A stretch of DNA of 64,000 nt, from NCBI GenBank assembly GCA_965263235.1, contig OZ253667.1, positions 770,189 to 834,188 of the forward strand, in the 5' to 3' direction. Both the position numbers and the translations under genes were made by a program. The first letter of the stretch is position 1; every line of letters begins with the position of its first letter. The stretch comes from Pseudomonadales bacterium. Lineage in GTDB: Bacteria; Pseudomonadota; Gammaproteobacteria; Pseudomonadales; UBA7434. The notes beneath the pieces are model-generated. The model had not been told where the DNA came from and did no database searches. It was given only the letters and a program-made list of their open reading frames with translations. Shown one piece after another: positions 8,721-18,296 of this stretch.

Positions 8721-10262
8721 GTGTACGCTATCTACAGGAACAAAAAAAGGCTAATTTTGGACGAATACTGTGGAAGTGGTTTTTTAAGAGTAAAAGTACT
8801 TGTTTGTTGTAATATTTCGGAGATAAAAGATCAATTTTTCGAAAGGCGCAATTTGAGAGCGCAGGATCTAATTAGATATTACCGTGAATTGGGTTTTAAA
8901 AATGTCTGCCGAAAGTTCATCCAAAGATTGAGAGAGAGGGAAACCAATACGCGTTATTTGTCGTTCGGATATGGAGTGGTCGCAGAAGGAGCAGAGGAAG
9001 GAAAATCTGGTTTTTTTGTCGCAACATCGCACCCGAAGTGCTTTGATAGTGTTGTTTTGCCCAGCTCGCTTTTTCTAGCTGCTAATTGGCTCAATGTCGA
9101 GGGTGCTGATCACGTTTTACATGTGTCAGACGAGCATAGCAGGGGGCTTATAGATAAGGGATTCAAAAAACTTATGGGGTGGAATTTTCATTCCGGAGTT
9201 CCTCAACCAGATTTTTCATGGGTTGTTGTTAGAAAGGTTGTTGAAGAATCTGTTGCTATTGCTGAGCAAACGCTTGTGACTACTGGCGTAGCTAATTATG
9301 GGAAGGTGGTTACGCGAGGGATTGGACGAACTGAAAAAGATGTTGCGAACCGCCTGAAAGTATCAGTTGTAGGTTTTGGGCACTACGCGCGTACAGTCGT
9401 ACTGCCTAATCTTCCCAGCATAGCGGTATTGAATAGTGTATACGACATCCAGCCTGATCGTCTTTTGCGCTTGAGCGATAACATCGGCCAATCGACTCTC
9501 CCCTACATTTCTGCGGAAGACGAATCTAAAGTGATAATAGTATCTTGTTATCATCATATGCACGCTTCAGTGGCATTAAGAGCTCTTGATCTGGGAAAAA
9601 AGGTTATCGTGGAAAAGCCTTTGGTCACCAGCAGGGACCAGCTTGAGATGCTTGAGAAGAGCGATACCAGTTCTCTATATGTTGGTTTTAATCGGAGATA
9701 TTCCCCATTTAATCGGTATATATTTAAAGATCTATCTATTGCTCACGGAGAAGCAATAGATTGTGATGCATATATCCAGCAAGAGAGTCTGCCGAATAAT
9801 CACTGGTACAATTGGCCTGTTAGTGGTGGTCCAATTGTCAGCAATGGATGTCACTGGATTGACTATTTTTTGTATCTTAATAATGATTGTGACGTTGTCG
9901 AGTGTGATGCTTCCGTGAACGAGTTCAATCAGGTAGAAATAAATTTGGCGCTGGTGAATGGAGCTATATTCAACGCAGTACTTCATCGTCGTAAGAGCAC
10001 GGATATTGGAATTAGAGAGCACGTTAATTTGTCTAACAGAGATTCCTTTTTGACAATAAGGGATTCATATGAGTATGTTGCATATAAAGGGGATAGACTA
10101 AAGCGCAAGTTGAAATTTAAAAGGAATGATGCATACAAAAATATGTATCAATATTTTTTTTCAAAAATAGCCAGTGGTGGTGGAAACGAAAGCTGGTGGG
10201 AAATTCGCAAGAGTGCGGAGCTGGTCTTACAATTAGATGAAATGGTAAAAAGCAAAGTTTAA
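8721..10262 (+). CDS. Gfo/Idh/MocA-family oxidoreductase with unassigned ~210-aa N-terminal domain
   Basis: 513-aa ORF, GTG start. Blocks VSVVGFGHYARTVVLPNL (Rossmann), VIVEKPL, YVGFNRRYSP and SNGCHWIDYF are colinear with IGFIGAGNYASAVLVPAF, CFVEKPL, MVGFNRRYST and GEGCHFIDLL in the C-half of 20145-22262. Confidence 0.6.
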   Translation: MYAIYRNKKRLILDEYCGSGFLRVKVLVCCNISEIKDQFFERRNLRAQDLIRYYRELGFKNVCRKFIQRLRERETNTRYLSFGYGVVAEGAEEGKSGFFVATSHPKCFDSVVLPSSLFLAANWLNVEGADHVLHVSDEHSRGLIDKGFKKLMGWNFHSGVPQPDFSWVVVRKVVEESVAIAEQTLVTTGVANYGKVVTRGIGRTEKDVANRLKVSVVGFGHYARTVVLPNLPSIAVLNSVYDIQPDRLLRLSDNIGQSTLPYISAEDESKVIIVSCYHHMHASVALRALDLGKKVIVEKPLVTSRDQLEMLEKSDTSSLYVGFNRRYSPFNRYIFKDLSIAHGEAIDCDAYIQQESLPNNHWYNWPVSGGPIVSNGCHWIDYFLYLNNDCDVVECDASVNEFNQVEINLALVNGAIFNAVLHRRKSTDIGIREHVNLSNRDSFLTIRDSYEYVAYKGDRLKRKLKFKRNDAYKNMYQYFFSKIASGGGNESWWEIRKSAELVLQLDEMVKSKV

Positions 10263-10278
10263 ATTTGAGTTCGTCTTT

Positions 10279-10803
10279 ATGAAAGATAGAAATGCTAGAG
10301 ATCTTTGGAACCTATTTATAGGTCGTTTTCCCTCAAGAAGGGTAAGATTGCTATTTGCGCGAAAAATATTTCGAAATGTGGGCGAAAAGGTTTTTGTAGC
10401 TATGGGGGTTAATTTATATTCCCCGTCGAATATTTCTATTGGCGATCGATCTGTGATTAATGCTGATTGTGTGTTGGATGGTCGAGACTCGGCAATTTCT
10501 ATCGGCACCGATGTGGATATCGGCACTCAAACTAATATTTGGACGTTAGAGCACGATTTTGATGATTCTAATCACGCAACAAAGTCAGGTGAAGTGGTCA
10601 TTGAAGATCATGCCTGGATTGCCTCCAGAGTGACGATACTTCCAGGAGTGAAAATTGGTCGGGGTGCAGTGGTAGCCGCTGGATCTGTAGTGACTTGCGA
10701 TGTGAATCCTTGCGCTGTTGTAGCTGGTGTTCCTGCGGTTCAAATAAGAGAGAGAAAAAACCCTCTTCGATATAAGTTAAACTTCAACCCGAGGTTTCGT
10801 TAG
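10279..10803 (+). CDS. Hexapeptide-repeat O-acetyltransferase (WcaF/maltose acetyltransferase-like)
   Basis: 174-aa ORF with LbH repeats: IGDRSVINADCVLDG, ISIGTDVDIG, VIEDHAWIASRVTILPGVKIGRGAVVAAGSVVT. Confidence 0.8.
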   Translation: MKDRNARDLWNLFIGRFPSRRVRLLFARKIFRNVGEKVFVAMGVNLYSPSNISIGDRSVINADCVLDGRDSAISIGTDVDIGTQTNIWTLEHDFDDSNHATKSGEVVIEDHAWIASRVTILPGVKIGRGAVVAAGSVVTCDVNPCAVVAGVPAVQIRERKNPLRYKLNFNPRFR

Positions 10804-10878
10804 CTAGAGAATTGCTACTATATTCAAGCTACCTTGCTTGTTTTTGTTTTGTTCTGATTGATTGCTGAGAATTTCGAT

Positions 10879-11943
10879 ATGGCGAATATTAAGTATAATA
10901 ATTTTGACTTGATTCGTTTATTCGCTGCGCTACAGGTTGCGCTGATTCATTCAGCTTACCATATAAATGTCGACGAGCAGTTTAAGGCCTTACTAGGTTT
11001 TTTAGAACTTTTGCCCGGCGTTCCCATTTTTTTCTTCGTCTCTGGTTTTTTGATTTCCTTGTCTTATGAAAAAAATTCAATCTTGAAAGAGTATGGTTTA
11101 AATAGGTTTCTTCGTATATATCCTGCGTTAGTAATTTGTATTTTGCTTTCTTTTTTGTCAGTGTATTTGGTCGGATATTTATCAGACCAAAATTTTGTAG
11201 TCTGGCGAGCGATAGCATGGCTTGCTGGCCAGCTGACTTTTTTTCAGTTCTACAACCCGGATTTTATGCGTGGCTATGGGGTGGGAGTGCTTAATGGCAG
11301 CCTATGGACAATCACTGTAGAGCTACAGTTTTACTTAATCGTGCCGGTGCTATATCTGTTCATCTCTAATAACAAAAAGAATTCGAATTTTTATTTGCTT
11401 ACACTAATAATTATTTTTCTTGTATTTAATCAGTTTTATCTGTTTCGTGAGGTTTCAGGTGTAAATACCATTACACATAAACTTTTAGGAGTAAGCTTTA
11501 TACCCTGGTTTTATATGTTTCTTGTTGGGGTGTTTGCTCAGCGTAATTTTTTGCTTTTGGTAGGGTATTTCCAGGGGCGATTTTTTTTATTTTTTTTAAC
11601 GTATCTATGCTTATCGTCAGTATTGCATCACTTTTTTGGCTTCCAGTTAGGAAATAGAATAGGCCCTTTCTTGTATTTAATGCTAATTCCAGTACTGATT
11701 TCTGCTGCATATAGCTTGGCGGGCCTTAGTAATAGGGTTCTCCGAAAAAATGATTTCTCGTATGGCATATATATTTATCACATGCCCGTTGTCAATTATA
11801 TGGTATACAACGGTTTTTCTGGTCAGTCGAGTTATTTCGCGTTAGCCCTTCTGTTTACAGTTGTATTATCTTTCCTTAGTTGGTGGTTGGTTGAGAAGCC
11901 TTGTTTGGGTTTAAAGACTCATCCCATGCATGCTCTTAAATGA
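10879..11943 (+). CDS. Membrane acyltransferase family 3 (OafA/WecH-type O-acyltransferase)
   Basis: Polytopic, very AT-rich ORF. The opening NNFDLIRLFAALQVALIHS matches the acyltransferase_3 N-terminal motif. ATG 10879 is preferred over the track's TTG at 10858. Confidence 0.8.
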   Translation: MANIKYNNFDLIRLFAALQVALIHSAYHINVDEQFKALLGFLELLPGVPIFFFVSGFLISLSYEKNSILKEYGLNRFLRIYPALVICILLSFLSVYLVGYLSDQNFVVWRAIAWLAGQLTFFQFYNPDFMRGYGVGVLNGSLWTITVELQFYLIVPVLYLFISNNKKNSNFYLLTLIIIFLVFNQFYLFREVSGVNTITHKLLGVSFIPWFYMFLVGVFAQRNFLLLVGYFQGRFFLFFLTYLCLSSVLHHFFGFQLGNRIGPFLYLMLIPVLISAAYSLAGLSNRVLRKNDFSYGIYIYHMPVVNYMVYNGFSGQSSYFALALLFTVVLSFLSWWLVEKPCLGLKTHPMHALK

Positions 11944-12003
11944 TTACGATTTTGGGTTGGGCAAACATACATTCATTTGCAAGTTGATTGGCGCGTATTA
12001 GTT

Positions 12004-13083
12004 ATGAAAGTAGGTTATTTTCCCTTTAAGCCTGGAGGCAATCCATACCAGTCGCTTTTTGCTGAGGCCATTGAACAGGCGGGTTATGAGTTGCAGTGCA
12101 TACCACCCTATAAGCTTTTCCCAGTTCAGAAAGCAGTATTTTCTAAGGTAGACTTACTGCAGCTTGACTGGCCTCATGACTGGTATAGAGGGAAAAATGT
12201 ATTCACTTCGTTGATTAAACATGTCATGTATTTGGATGGAATAAGGCGTTTGAGGTCGGTACCAGTGGTTTGGACGGCACACAATCTTATTGCTCATGAT
12301 GCTGAAAATGTTGACTTTGAACGCCGCATGATCCAGAAGCTAATTAACGTCGCTGACGGTATTATAGTGATGTCAAATCTAGCGGAGAGCCAGTTAAAGG
12401 AAACTTATGAGGTGTCATCTAATACTCACGTAAAAGTTATACCGCACGGGCACTATATCGATGTATATCGAAATAATATTGAACGGCATGCGGCTCGAGA
12501 AAGACTGGGTGTGGCGAAAGATGAAAAGGTTGTATTGTCGTTTGGTCGAATTCTACCTTACAAAGGGCTCGAGTGTTTGATAGAAACTTTTGGGCAGTTA
12601 GCTCAAAAGAATACAAGATTGCTTATAGCGGGCTCGTGTAACTCGCCAGAGTATTTGCTTAAACTAAAGTCAATGGCAGCAGAGTTGTCCACCGAGCATT
12701 GCCGAATTCAGATCGAAGCCAGATTCGTAGTGGACGACGAAGTCCAAGTTTTTTTCAACGCAGCAGATTTTGTGGTGCTGCCGTTCCAAAATATTCTAAA
12801 TTCGGGCTCTCTGCTCCTAGCCATGAGCTTTGGGAAGCATGTAGTGGCGCCCTCTATTGGCTCCATAGGGGAAGTGGCTTATTCTAAAGCGTGGACCAGT
12901 TATTCCCCGAATGATGAAAATGGCCTTGTATCGGCTCTTGGAAGAGCATTGGAGAAAAACTACACGAGTAGCGATGAGAGAGAAGTGATTGAGTATGTTA
13001 GTAGTAAGTTTGGGTGGCGTGAAGTTTCACTAAACTTGAAAGACTTGTACGCAAACGTATTTAACGGTCACCAGAAGCTTTAG
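12004..13083 (+). CDS. Glycosyltransferase family 4 (GT-B)
   Basis: Blocks SFGRILPYKGLE and FVVLPFQNILNSGSLLLAMSFGKHVVAPSIGSIGEV. ATG 12004 (MKVGYFPF...) is preferred over the track start at 11977. Confidence 0.8.
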   Translation: MKVGYFPFKPGGNPYQSLFAEAIEQAGYELQCIPPYKLFPVQKAVFSKVDLLQLDWPHDWYRGKNVFTSLIKHVMYLDGIRRLRSVPVVWTAHNLIAHDAENVDFERRMIQKLINVADGIIVMSNLAESQLKETYEVSSNTHVKVIPHGHYIDVYRNNIERHAARERLGVAKDEKVVLSFGRILPYKGLECLIETFGQLAQKNTRLLIAGSCNSPEYLLKLKSMAAELSTEHCRIQIEARFVVDDEVQVFFNAADFVVLPFQNILNSGSLLLAMSFGKHVVAPSIGSIGEVAYSKAWTSYSPNDENGLVSALGRALEKNYTSSDEREVIEYVSSKFGWREVSLNLKDLYANVFNGHQKL

Positions 13084-13099
13084 ATTTATCGAGAGTTCT

Positions 13100-14716
13100 A
13101 TGTATATCAATAAACTACTATTCGCAAGCCTCATTGGTATCGTGTGCTTATGCTGTGTAGCAGCCCACTCAGACGAATATGAAGTTATAGATCTCGGATC
13201 GTTCGGTTTGGCAGATGGAGATGATATAACGGATGTGCTAATTACGATTGCGAAGGAATATGCGCCAAAAGTTTCGGTTAAGCTCCCATCTGGCATTACA
13301 GAGCTAAAATCAAGGTATATTGATTTTAGCGACTACAACGTCAGAGATTTTTTTCTTTACGAGCCCAGCACCCCTTTGCGAATAAAGCAAGTTGCGGAAG
13401 GTGATAAAAAAAATATTCTCTTTAGGTTTGAAAACTATGATCGTATTTATATCGGAGGGCCAAAGCATAATATAACCTTTGTAGGTACACATAAAGGAAT
13501 AAAGGGCGGACACAACTCTAAACTTTGGGGCGTTAAGGGGGAAGGACTGCTTCATTTTAACTATGACCAAGAGCCCGATGGACACTTCTTGAGTTTTCAC
13601 GCAAATGTGCGTGATTCGCGAGTGTTTGGTATACGACATAATGGGGCACATAAAAAACGTATAGTTGAACGTGTAACGATATCTGGCAAGTTTGAGAATA
13701 GTGGCATTAGTATGAATAGTGGCTACCAGCATTTACATTTAGACGATGTGTGGATAACCGATCCATATGGTGTGACATTAGGGTGGGATGGCACTGATAA
13801 AAAGAAAAATAACGCATGGCATTCATTGCCGATACATTGGGAAATAGCAAGAGGTCTGATAATCACCTATGCTGAGAAAATCACTGGAGGCGCTATTCTC
13901 GAGTACGGCTTGCCAAGTTGGTTTATTTCAACGGTTCCGCAGATAGGTGAAAGCGAAGAAGAGCCGTTCAGGATAGGTTACAAAGATATAGGTTATGCAC
14001 CCGATGGTACGAAGATATCTTCACATGGTTTTTTAGATACCGGCGGTAAGGTAGATAGCTTAGGGCCAAATCCAAATGATTTGCCTAGGTTTGTTAAATT
14101 TTATGAATTAGATCATCAGTTTGGATTTGGCCCGAGGCATTCTGTAATTTTGGAGGCAACCAGCGAGGATGGAGATAATGGATACCTATATAAAAATGAG
14201 GGGTTAAATATCGAGCTTGAAGATATTTCCTGCCCGGTCAAGTTGGCGCACATTGATTACTTAGGTGACTATTCTGGTGGACACAGAGTTACAGGATCAA
14301 TGGTTAGTCACCCTAACCACTGTAGCGGTAAGCCTTCATATATAGAGGTTCTGGAAGATAATAAGATTTTCGGTTTATCCGCGTTTGAAATTCGCTTAAA
14401 ACCGATAACTAAAGTTGATAAGTATTCTAGAAACAATGAATTTACAGAAATAACCATACTATCGGAGGGCAGCGTGATTGTTTTCCCTGGTAGCGAAAAC
14501 AATCGGTTTGACGATCTGGTTTTTGAGGGGCAAGCGCGTTCTGTTTTTGAAATAAGAAATGGGAGAAACCCAAGCTTACCAGTGAGCGTGGATTTGAAAA
14601 ACGTAGTAGCGCCCGATGGCTCGACGATAGTAGCTGATAGCATTGAACATGTTAGCGTAACTTTAGATGGCGAAAAGCTTCATCTACCTTATAAGTTTGG
14701 TGATGATCGACTATGA
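13100..14716 (+). CDS. Secreted protein, probable right-handed beta-helix (pectate-lyase fold); candidate EPS glycanase/modifying enzyme
   Basis: 538-aa ORF with a Sec-type signal peptide MYINKLLFASLIGIVCLCCVAAHS. The following GDDITDVLITIAKEYAPKVSVKLPSGITEL resembles the N-terminal cap of pectate-lyase-superfamily/tailspike-like glycanases. ATGA overlap with the next gene. Confidence 0.4.
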   Translation: MYINKLLFASLIGIVCLCCVAAHSDEYEVIDLGSFGLADGDDITDVLITIAKEYAPKVSVKLPSGITELKSRYIDFSDYNVRDFFLYEPSTPLRIKQVAEGDKKNILFRFENYDRIYIGGPKHNITFVGTHKGIKGGHNSKLWGVKGEGLLHFNYDQEPDGHFLSFHANVRDSRVFGIRHNGAHKKRIVERVTISGKFENSGISMNSGYQHLHLDDVWITDPYGVTLGWDGTDKKKNNAWHSLPIHWEIARGLIITYAEKITGGAILEYGLPSWFISTVPQIGESEEEPFRIGYKDIGYAPDGTKISSHGFLDTGGKVDSLGPNPNDLPRFVKFYELDHQFGFGPRHSVILEATSEDGDNGYLYKNEGLNIELEDISCPVKLAHIDYLGDYSGGHRVTGSMVSHPNHCSGKPSYIEVLEDNKIFGLSAFEIRLKPITKVDKYSRNNEFTEITILSEGSVIVFPGSENNRFDDLVFEGQARSVFEIRNGRNPSLPVSVDLKNVVAPDGSTIVADSIEHVSVTLDGEKLHLPYKFGDDRL

Positions 14717-15906
14717 CGGATAAAGTGGCGGTTATATTTGTATCGACGGTTTTTGAAGAGGTCAAGGAAGGCCCCGCAATATTTGCGCGCTATTTATACA
14801 AGGCGTTTAATACGGATCCCGGAATGGATTTTCATGTGGTTGCGTCTGAATGTTCGACAGACAGAGTGAATTGTCATGCCGCGGGCGTTGGTAAATCATC
14901 TTATGATACCTATTCTCGCGTTCAAGACTGCGCACTTGAGCTTGCAGGTTTTATGGCCAATAACCCAGTGATACACAGCAATTTGCCGCACGCCATGTGG
15001 AAAATTAACAACTACAAAGGAAAGGTTGTGGTTCAGGTAAATGATTATGATCAGGCTCAACTCTATAGCGATGCGTTTAGCTATTTTTCCAGAGGTTTGT
15101 TTTTACTTTTCTTAAAGAAAATGTGGAGGAGGATACAGGAAAGGAAGGCCTTAAAGAAAGCTGATCTGGTGCTTTGCAATTCCAATTTTACAAAAAATAT
15201 ATTGCTTAAAAGCTACCGATTTAATTCTGAGAAATTTAAAGTTCTTTATAAAGCAGTTGATACTTCGGCGTTTTACCGTTCTCGTGATCCTAAAACTGCA
15301 CTCGCAGAGAGTGAAGAAAGGAAATGGCGCTTAATTTTTGTTGGGACGGATTGGTTGAGAAAAGGTTTGGACGTCTTACTTGAGTCTATGGAGAGTCTGG
15401 TTGAAAGGTGGCCGGGGATCACGCTAGAGGTCGTTGGTCCAGCCCAGCAGGATATAGATGCAGCTTTGTTGCAGGCGCATCGACAGCTCATTGATAGAGG
15501 AGCGATCAAGTTTTGCGGTCCAGTTTCCAGGGATAATTTGCCAGCGTTTTATTGGAAGAGCGATCTGTGTGTGCTTCCGAGTAGAAGGGAGGCGCTTGGT
15601 GTAGCTATACTTGAATCTCTCGCTGCTGGGGTTCCGGTGGTAGCTACTAATGTTGGTGGCATACCGGAAATCATTTGCGATGATAGTAGCGGTGGGGTTC
15701 TCGTTGAGTCGGGTTCGTCAGGTGCGTTAACAAATGCCATTAATGATTTGCTTAATGATAGGCTTAAGCTATCGGTAATGTCACAGCAAGCGGTCGAAAC
15801 CGCAGAGCGTTTCAGTGTTGAAAAAATGGTGAAAGAAGTGGTACTTCATTACAAGTCTCTCACGGTTGAGGGCAGCACATTGGCTTTAGAGAGAAACGCT
15901 GATTAG
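14713..15906 (+). CDS. Glycosyltransferase family 4
   Basis: 397-aa ORF. EX7E region SRREALGVAILESLAAGVPVVATNVGGIPEII. Clear paralogue of 18927-20066: both open with xxIFxSTVFxxVxxGPxxFAxYL. Confidence 0.85.
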   Translation: MTDKVAVIFVSTVFEEVKEGPAIFARYLYKAFNTDPGMDFHVVASECSTDRVNCHAAGVGKSSYDTYSRVQDCALELAGFMANNPVIHSNLPHAMWKINNYKGKVVVQVNDYDQAQLYSDAFSYFSRGLFLLFLKKMWRRIQERKALKKADLVLCNSNFTKNILLKSYRFNSEKFKVLYKAVDTSAFYRSRDPKTALAESEERKWRLIFVGTDWLRKGLDVLLESMESLVERWPGITLEVVGPAQQDIDAALLQAHRQLIDRGAIKFCGPVSRDNLPAFYWKSDLCVLPSRREALGVAILESLAAGVPVVATNVGGIPEIICDDSSGGVLVESGSSGALTNAINDLLNDRLKLSVMSQQAVETAERFSVEKMVKEVVLHYKSLTVEGSTLALERNAD

Positions 15907-15908
15907 GC

Positions 15909-17156
15909 ATGTCAATGGTTTATAGACAAAGTGTAAAGCAAGCGAAAAGCAGTAGAGTGGCCGATATTTTTTATTGGTTGGTGCTCGGAATTACTGCGGC
16001 AAACTATTCGTTCATAACATTTTCTCAACTGGGAGATGAGTTGCTTTCTCAGCCTCTTAAAAGTCTTGCATATGCTCGTCTTCCTATTGTAATTGTGGGT
16101 TGTATTTATTTATTAGTTGGGCTAAAGCGGCACACGGTTTCGGTGGGCGTTTGGCTATCTTTTTCGGCGCTCATTCTTTTTCTTTTGATGACTATCCCTC
16201 TTTCTCCGGATTTTCAAAATGCTGCGCTTTACAATACGTGGTTTATATTTCAAACCTTGTTTTTTATTTTGTATATATCGCATTTATTTGCAACGATCGG
16301 ATTGGAAAGGGCTAAAGTAAAGGTAGCTTTACCCTTGATGTTCTATGGTTTGTATTTCGTTATGCTGACTTTTCTAGCACTTCCGCGCTTTAGTATTGGC
16401 CAGCCTTTTCCAGCTGTGTTTTCGACCAGAGTGCAGGTGGCGATGATTTGCCCTTTGTTTCTTGGAGGGTTGGCTTGTAATTTTCGTTTGCTGTCGAAGA
16501 GAAAAATTTGGTTATTGACTTACATTGCTCTAGCCGGATTTACGCTTTTAGTTATCGCTGCATCAGGCAAGCGTGCATCCATACTAAGTGCTTTGCTAAT
16601 CATTAGCACTTACTTTCTTTTATTTATGAAAATGAGAGGAAGGATTCTAGTCGCTGTTTTGGTTCCATTAGCTGTGGTTTTGATTGCCATGACGGAGTTA
16701 CGAGACCAGGCGTTTGAAGCGACAGAATACACTCGTGATAGGGTCGAAAAAGGCTTCGATAAACGAACGGCAACTTCAATCATGTCAAGGTTCGAAATTT
16801 GGGAGGTTGCCTTGGAGCAAGTATATGATCATCCATTGGGGGTGGGTGTAGGAGTTGGTCGAGTTATAGTAGGAGGAGGCTTACACAATACTTATTTAGG
16901 GTATTTGCTAGAAACGGGGATTTTAGCATCGATAATTGTCTTCGTAATCATTGGAGTCGTTTTGTTCTCAAATTTTAATTCCAAATATATAGAGAAAAAG
17001 GAGATGCTTTATTTTATCTTGATCCCCTGCTTGCTTTACAGTCTTACTGAATATAATACTTCCCCAGGCCAGCCGTTGTTTATTCCAACATGGGCGGCAA
17101 TATTCTTCTGTCTTCTTCGTTCTCCCAGTGAGGCGAGCAAGCTGTTGCGAAAATAA
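15909..17156 (+). CDS. Wzy_C / O-antigen ligase-family polytopic membrane protein (polymerase or exosortase-associated O-glycosylation ligase type)
   Basis: 415-aa ORF with about 10 hydrophobic segments. Blocks ASGKRASILSALL and GLHNTYLGYLLETGI are typical of the O-antigen ligase/Wzy_C family. Confidence 0.7.
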   Translation: MSMVYRQSVKQAKSSRVADIFYWLVLGITAANYSFITFSQLGDELLSQPLKSLAYARLPIVIVGCIYLLVGLKRHTVSVGVWLSFSALILFLLMTIPLSPDFQNAALYNTWFIFQTLFFILYISHLFATIGLERAKVKVALPLMFYGLYFVMLTFLALPRFSIGQPFPAVFSTRVQVAMICPLFLGGLACNFRLLSKRKIWLLTYIALAGFTLLVIAASGKRASILSALLIISTYFLLFMKMRGRILVAVLVPLAVVLIAMTELRDQAFEATEYTRDRVEKGFDKRTATSIMSRFEIWEVALEQVYDHPLGVGVGVGRVIVGGGLHNTYLGYLLETGILASIIVFVIIGVVLFSNFNSKYIEKKEMLYFILIPCLLYSLTEYNTSPGQPLFIPTWAAIFFCLLRSPSEASKLLRK

Positions 17157-17171
17157 ATAGTAGATCTTACG

Positions 17172-18296
17172 ATGAAAAGCGTATTTGTTTTGCCTGCGAT
17201 GGACGTATCTGTTGGGCGACAGTTTACGCACATTGATCTTTGGAAGAGAAACCCTGTTAATGTAACTGTGTGCGCTTTTAGTCGTGGTAAAGAGAATCAA
17301 GCGATGAGGCAGGTGGATCTTGTGATAGGGGAAATTGAAAACAAAAAAATTTTGGGGCGGCTTGGTGTTTATCGGAAATCGTTAGAGCACATGATGAGGG
17401 TTGTAGAAGGCGCTGACGTTGTCTTCGTTTATACATTAGATTGTTTTGTTTTTACCTGGATGGCAAAAGTTGCAGTGAGAAGCCAGGCGAAAATAGTGTT
17501 CTTCGTTTTAGATATCAGAGAAAAGTTTATTGGGGATAGCCTATTCAATCAAATAACACAGCGCTTTTTATCATTTGCATTTAGTCGCTGCGAACTAATT
17601 CTCACTAGCTCGGAAGAATATTTAACTGAATATGCAAAAAAGTATCTTGGCGAGCTGCCGAAGGATTGGATGCTCATTGAAAACAAGATTGATGAGCACC
17701 AAATGAATCGATTTTTGGATGTTCGGCTTCACCGTTCCGAGTTCCTGAGCGATCAGAAAATCACGATTGGCTACTTTGGTGTAATGCGTTGCGCTCAGTC
17801 ATTGAGAGTATTGTTAAAATTGGTAGGTGATCATGGTGATCGTTACCAAGTAGTATTACGAGGCTTGTTTACAGACATTCCACAAGGTCTATTGAATGAA
17901 GTTGAAGGGGCTCAGGGGTTGATCTATTTGGGTAGTTATTTGAATCCCGAAGAGCTACAAAAAGTCTACATGAGCTGCGATATCGTTTGGGGTTGTTACC
18001 CCTACGGGGGGGAGAAGATAGGAAACCATATGTGGGCTAAGACAAATCGATTTTACGAATCGTGCTTCTTCAAAAAACCAATTATCGTAAGTCAGGGAAC
18101 ACGGGATTCTTTAGCTACTAAGAAATATGATGTGGGTATTTCGATCGATTTTTCTGACATAAATAGTAGTGTCGATAAAGTAAGTAGAATTCGTGAAAGC
18201 GATTTAGACCGATTTGTTTCGAATTACGAGAGTATGCCAGAAGCAGTCTATCTTTACTCAAATGAGTTCAAGGAGTTGTATGAGTTGCTGCGGTGA
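17172..18296 (+). CDS. Putative glycosyltransferase (GT-B fold, divergent)
   Basis: 374-aa ORF. KTNRFYESCFFKKPIIVSQG corresponds to SPNKVYDALLVGTPVLINSE of 7563-8687. It is the last gene before the 630-nt gap. Confidence 0.45.
   Translation: MKSVFVLPAMDVSVGRQFTHIDLWKRNPVNVTVCAFSRGKENQAMRQVDLVIGEIENKKILGRLGVYRKSLEHMMRVVEGADVVFVYTLDCFVFTWMAKVAVRSQAKIVFFVLDIREKFIGDSLFNQITQRFLSFAFSRCELILTSSEEYLTEYAKKYLGELPKDWMLIENKIDEHQMNRFLDVRLHRSEFLSDQKITIGYFGVMRCAQSLRVLLKLVGDHGDRYQVVLRGLFTDIPQGLLNEVEGAQGLIYLGSYLNPEELQKVYMSCDIVWGCYPYGGEKIGNHMWAKTNRFYESCFFKKPIIVSQGTRDSLATKKYDVGISIDFSDINSSVDKVSRIRESDLDRFVSNYESMPEAVYLYSNEFKELYELLR

Noticed and set aside
13310-13732. 140-aa minus-strand ORF inside the secreted beta-helix gene
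   Set aside because: It is antisense to a 538-aa ORF that has a signal peptide and is translationally coupled to its neighbours. AT-rich DNA readily yields such frames.
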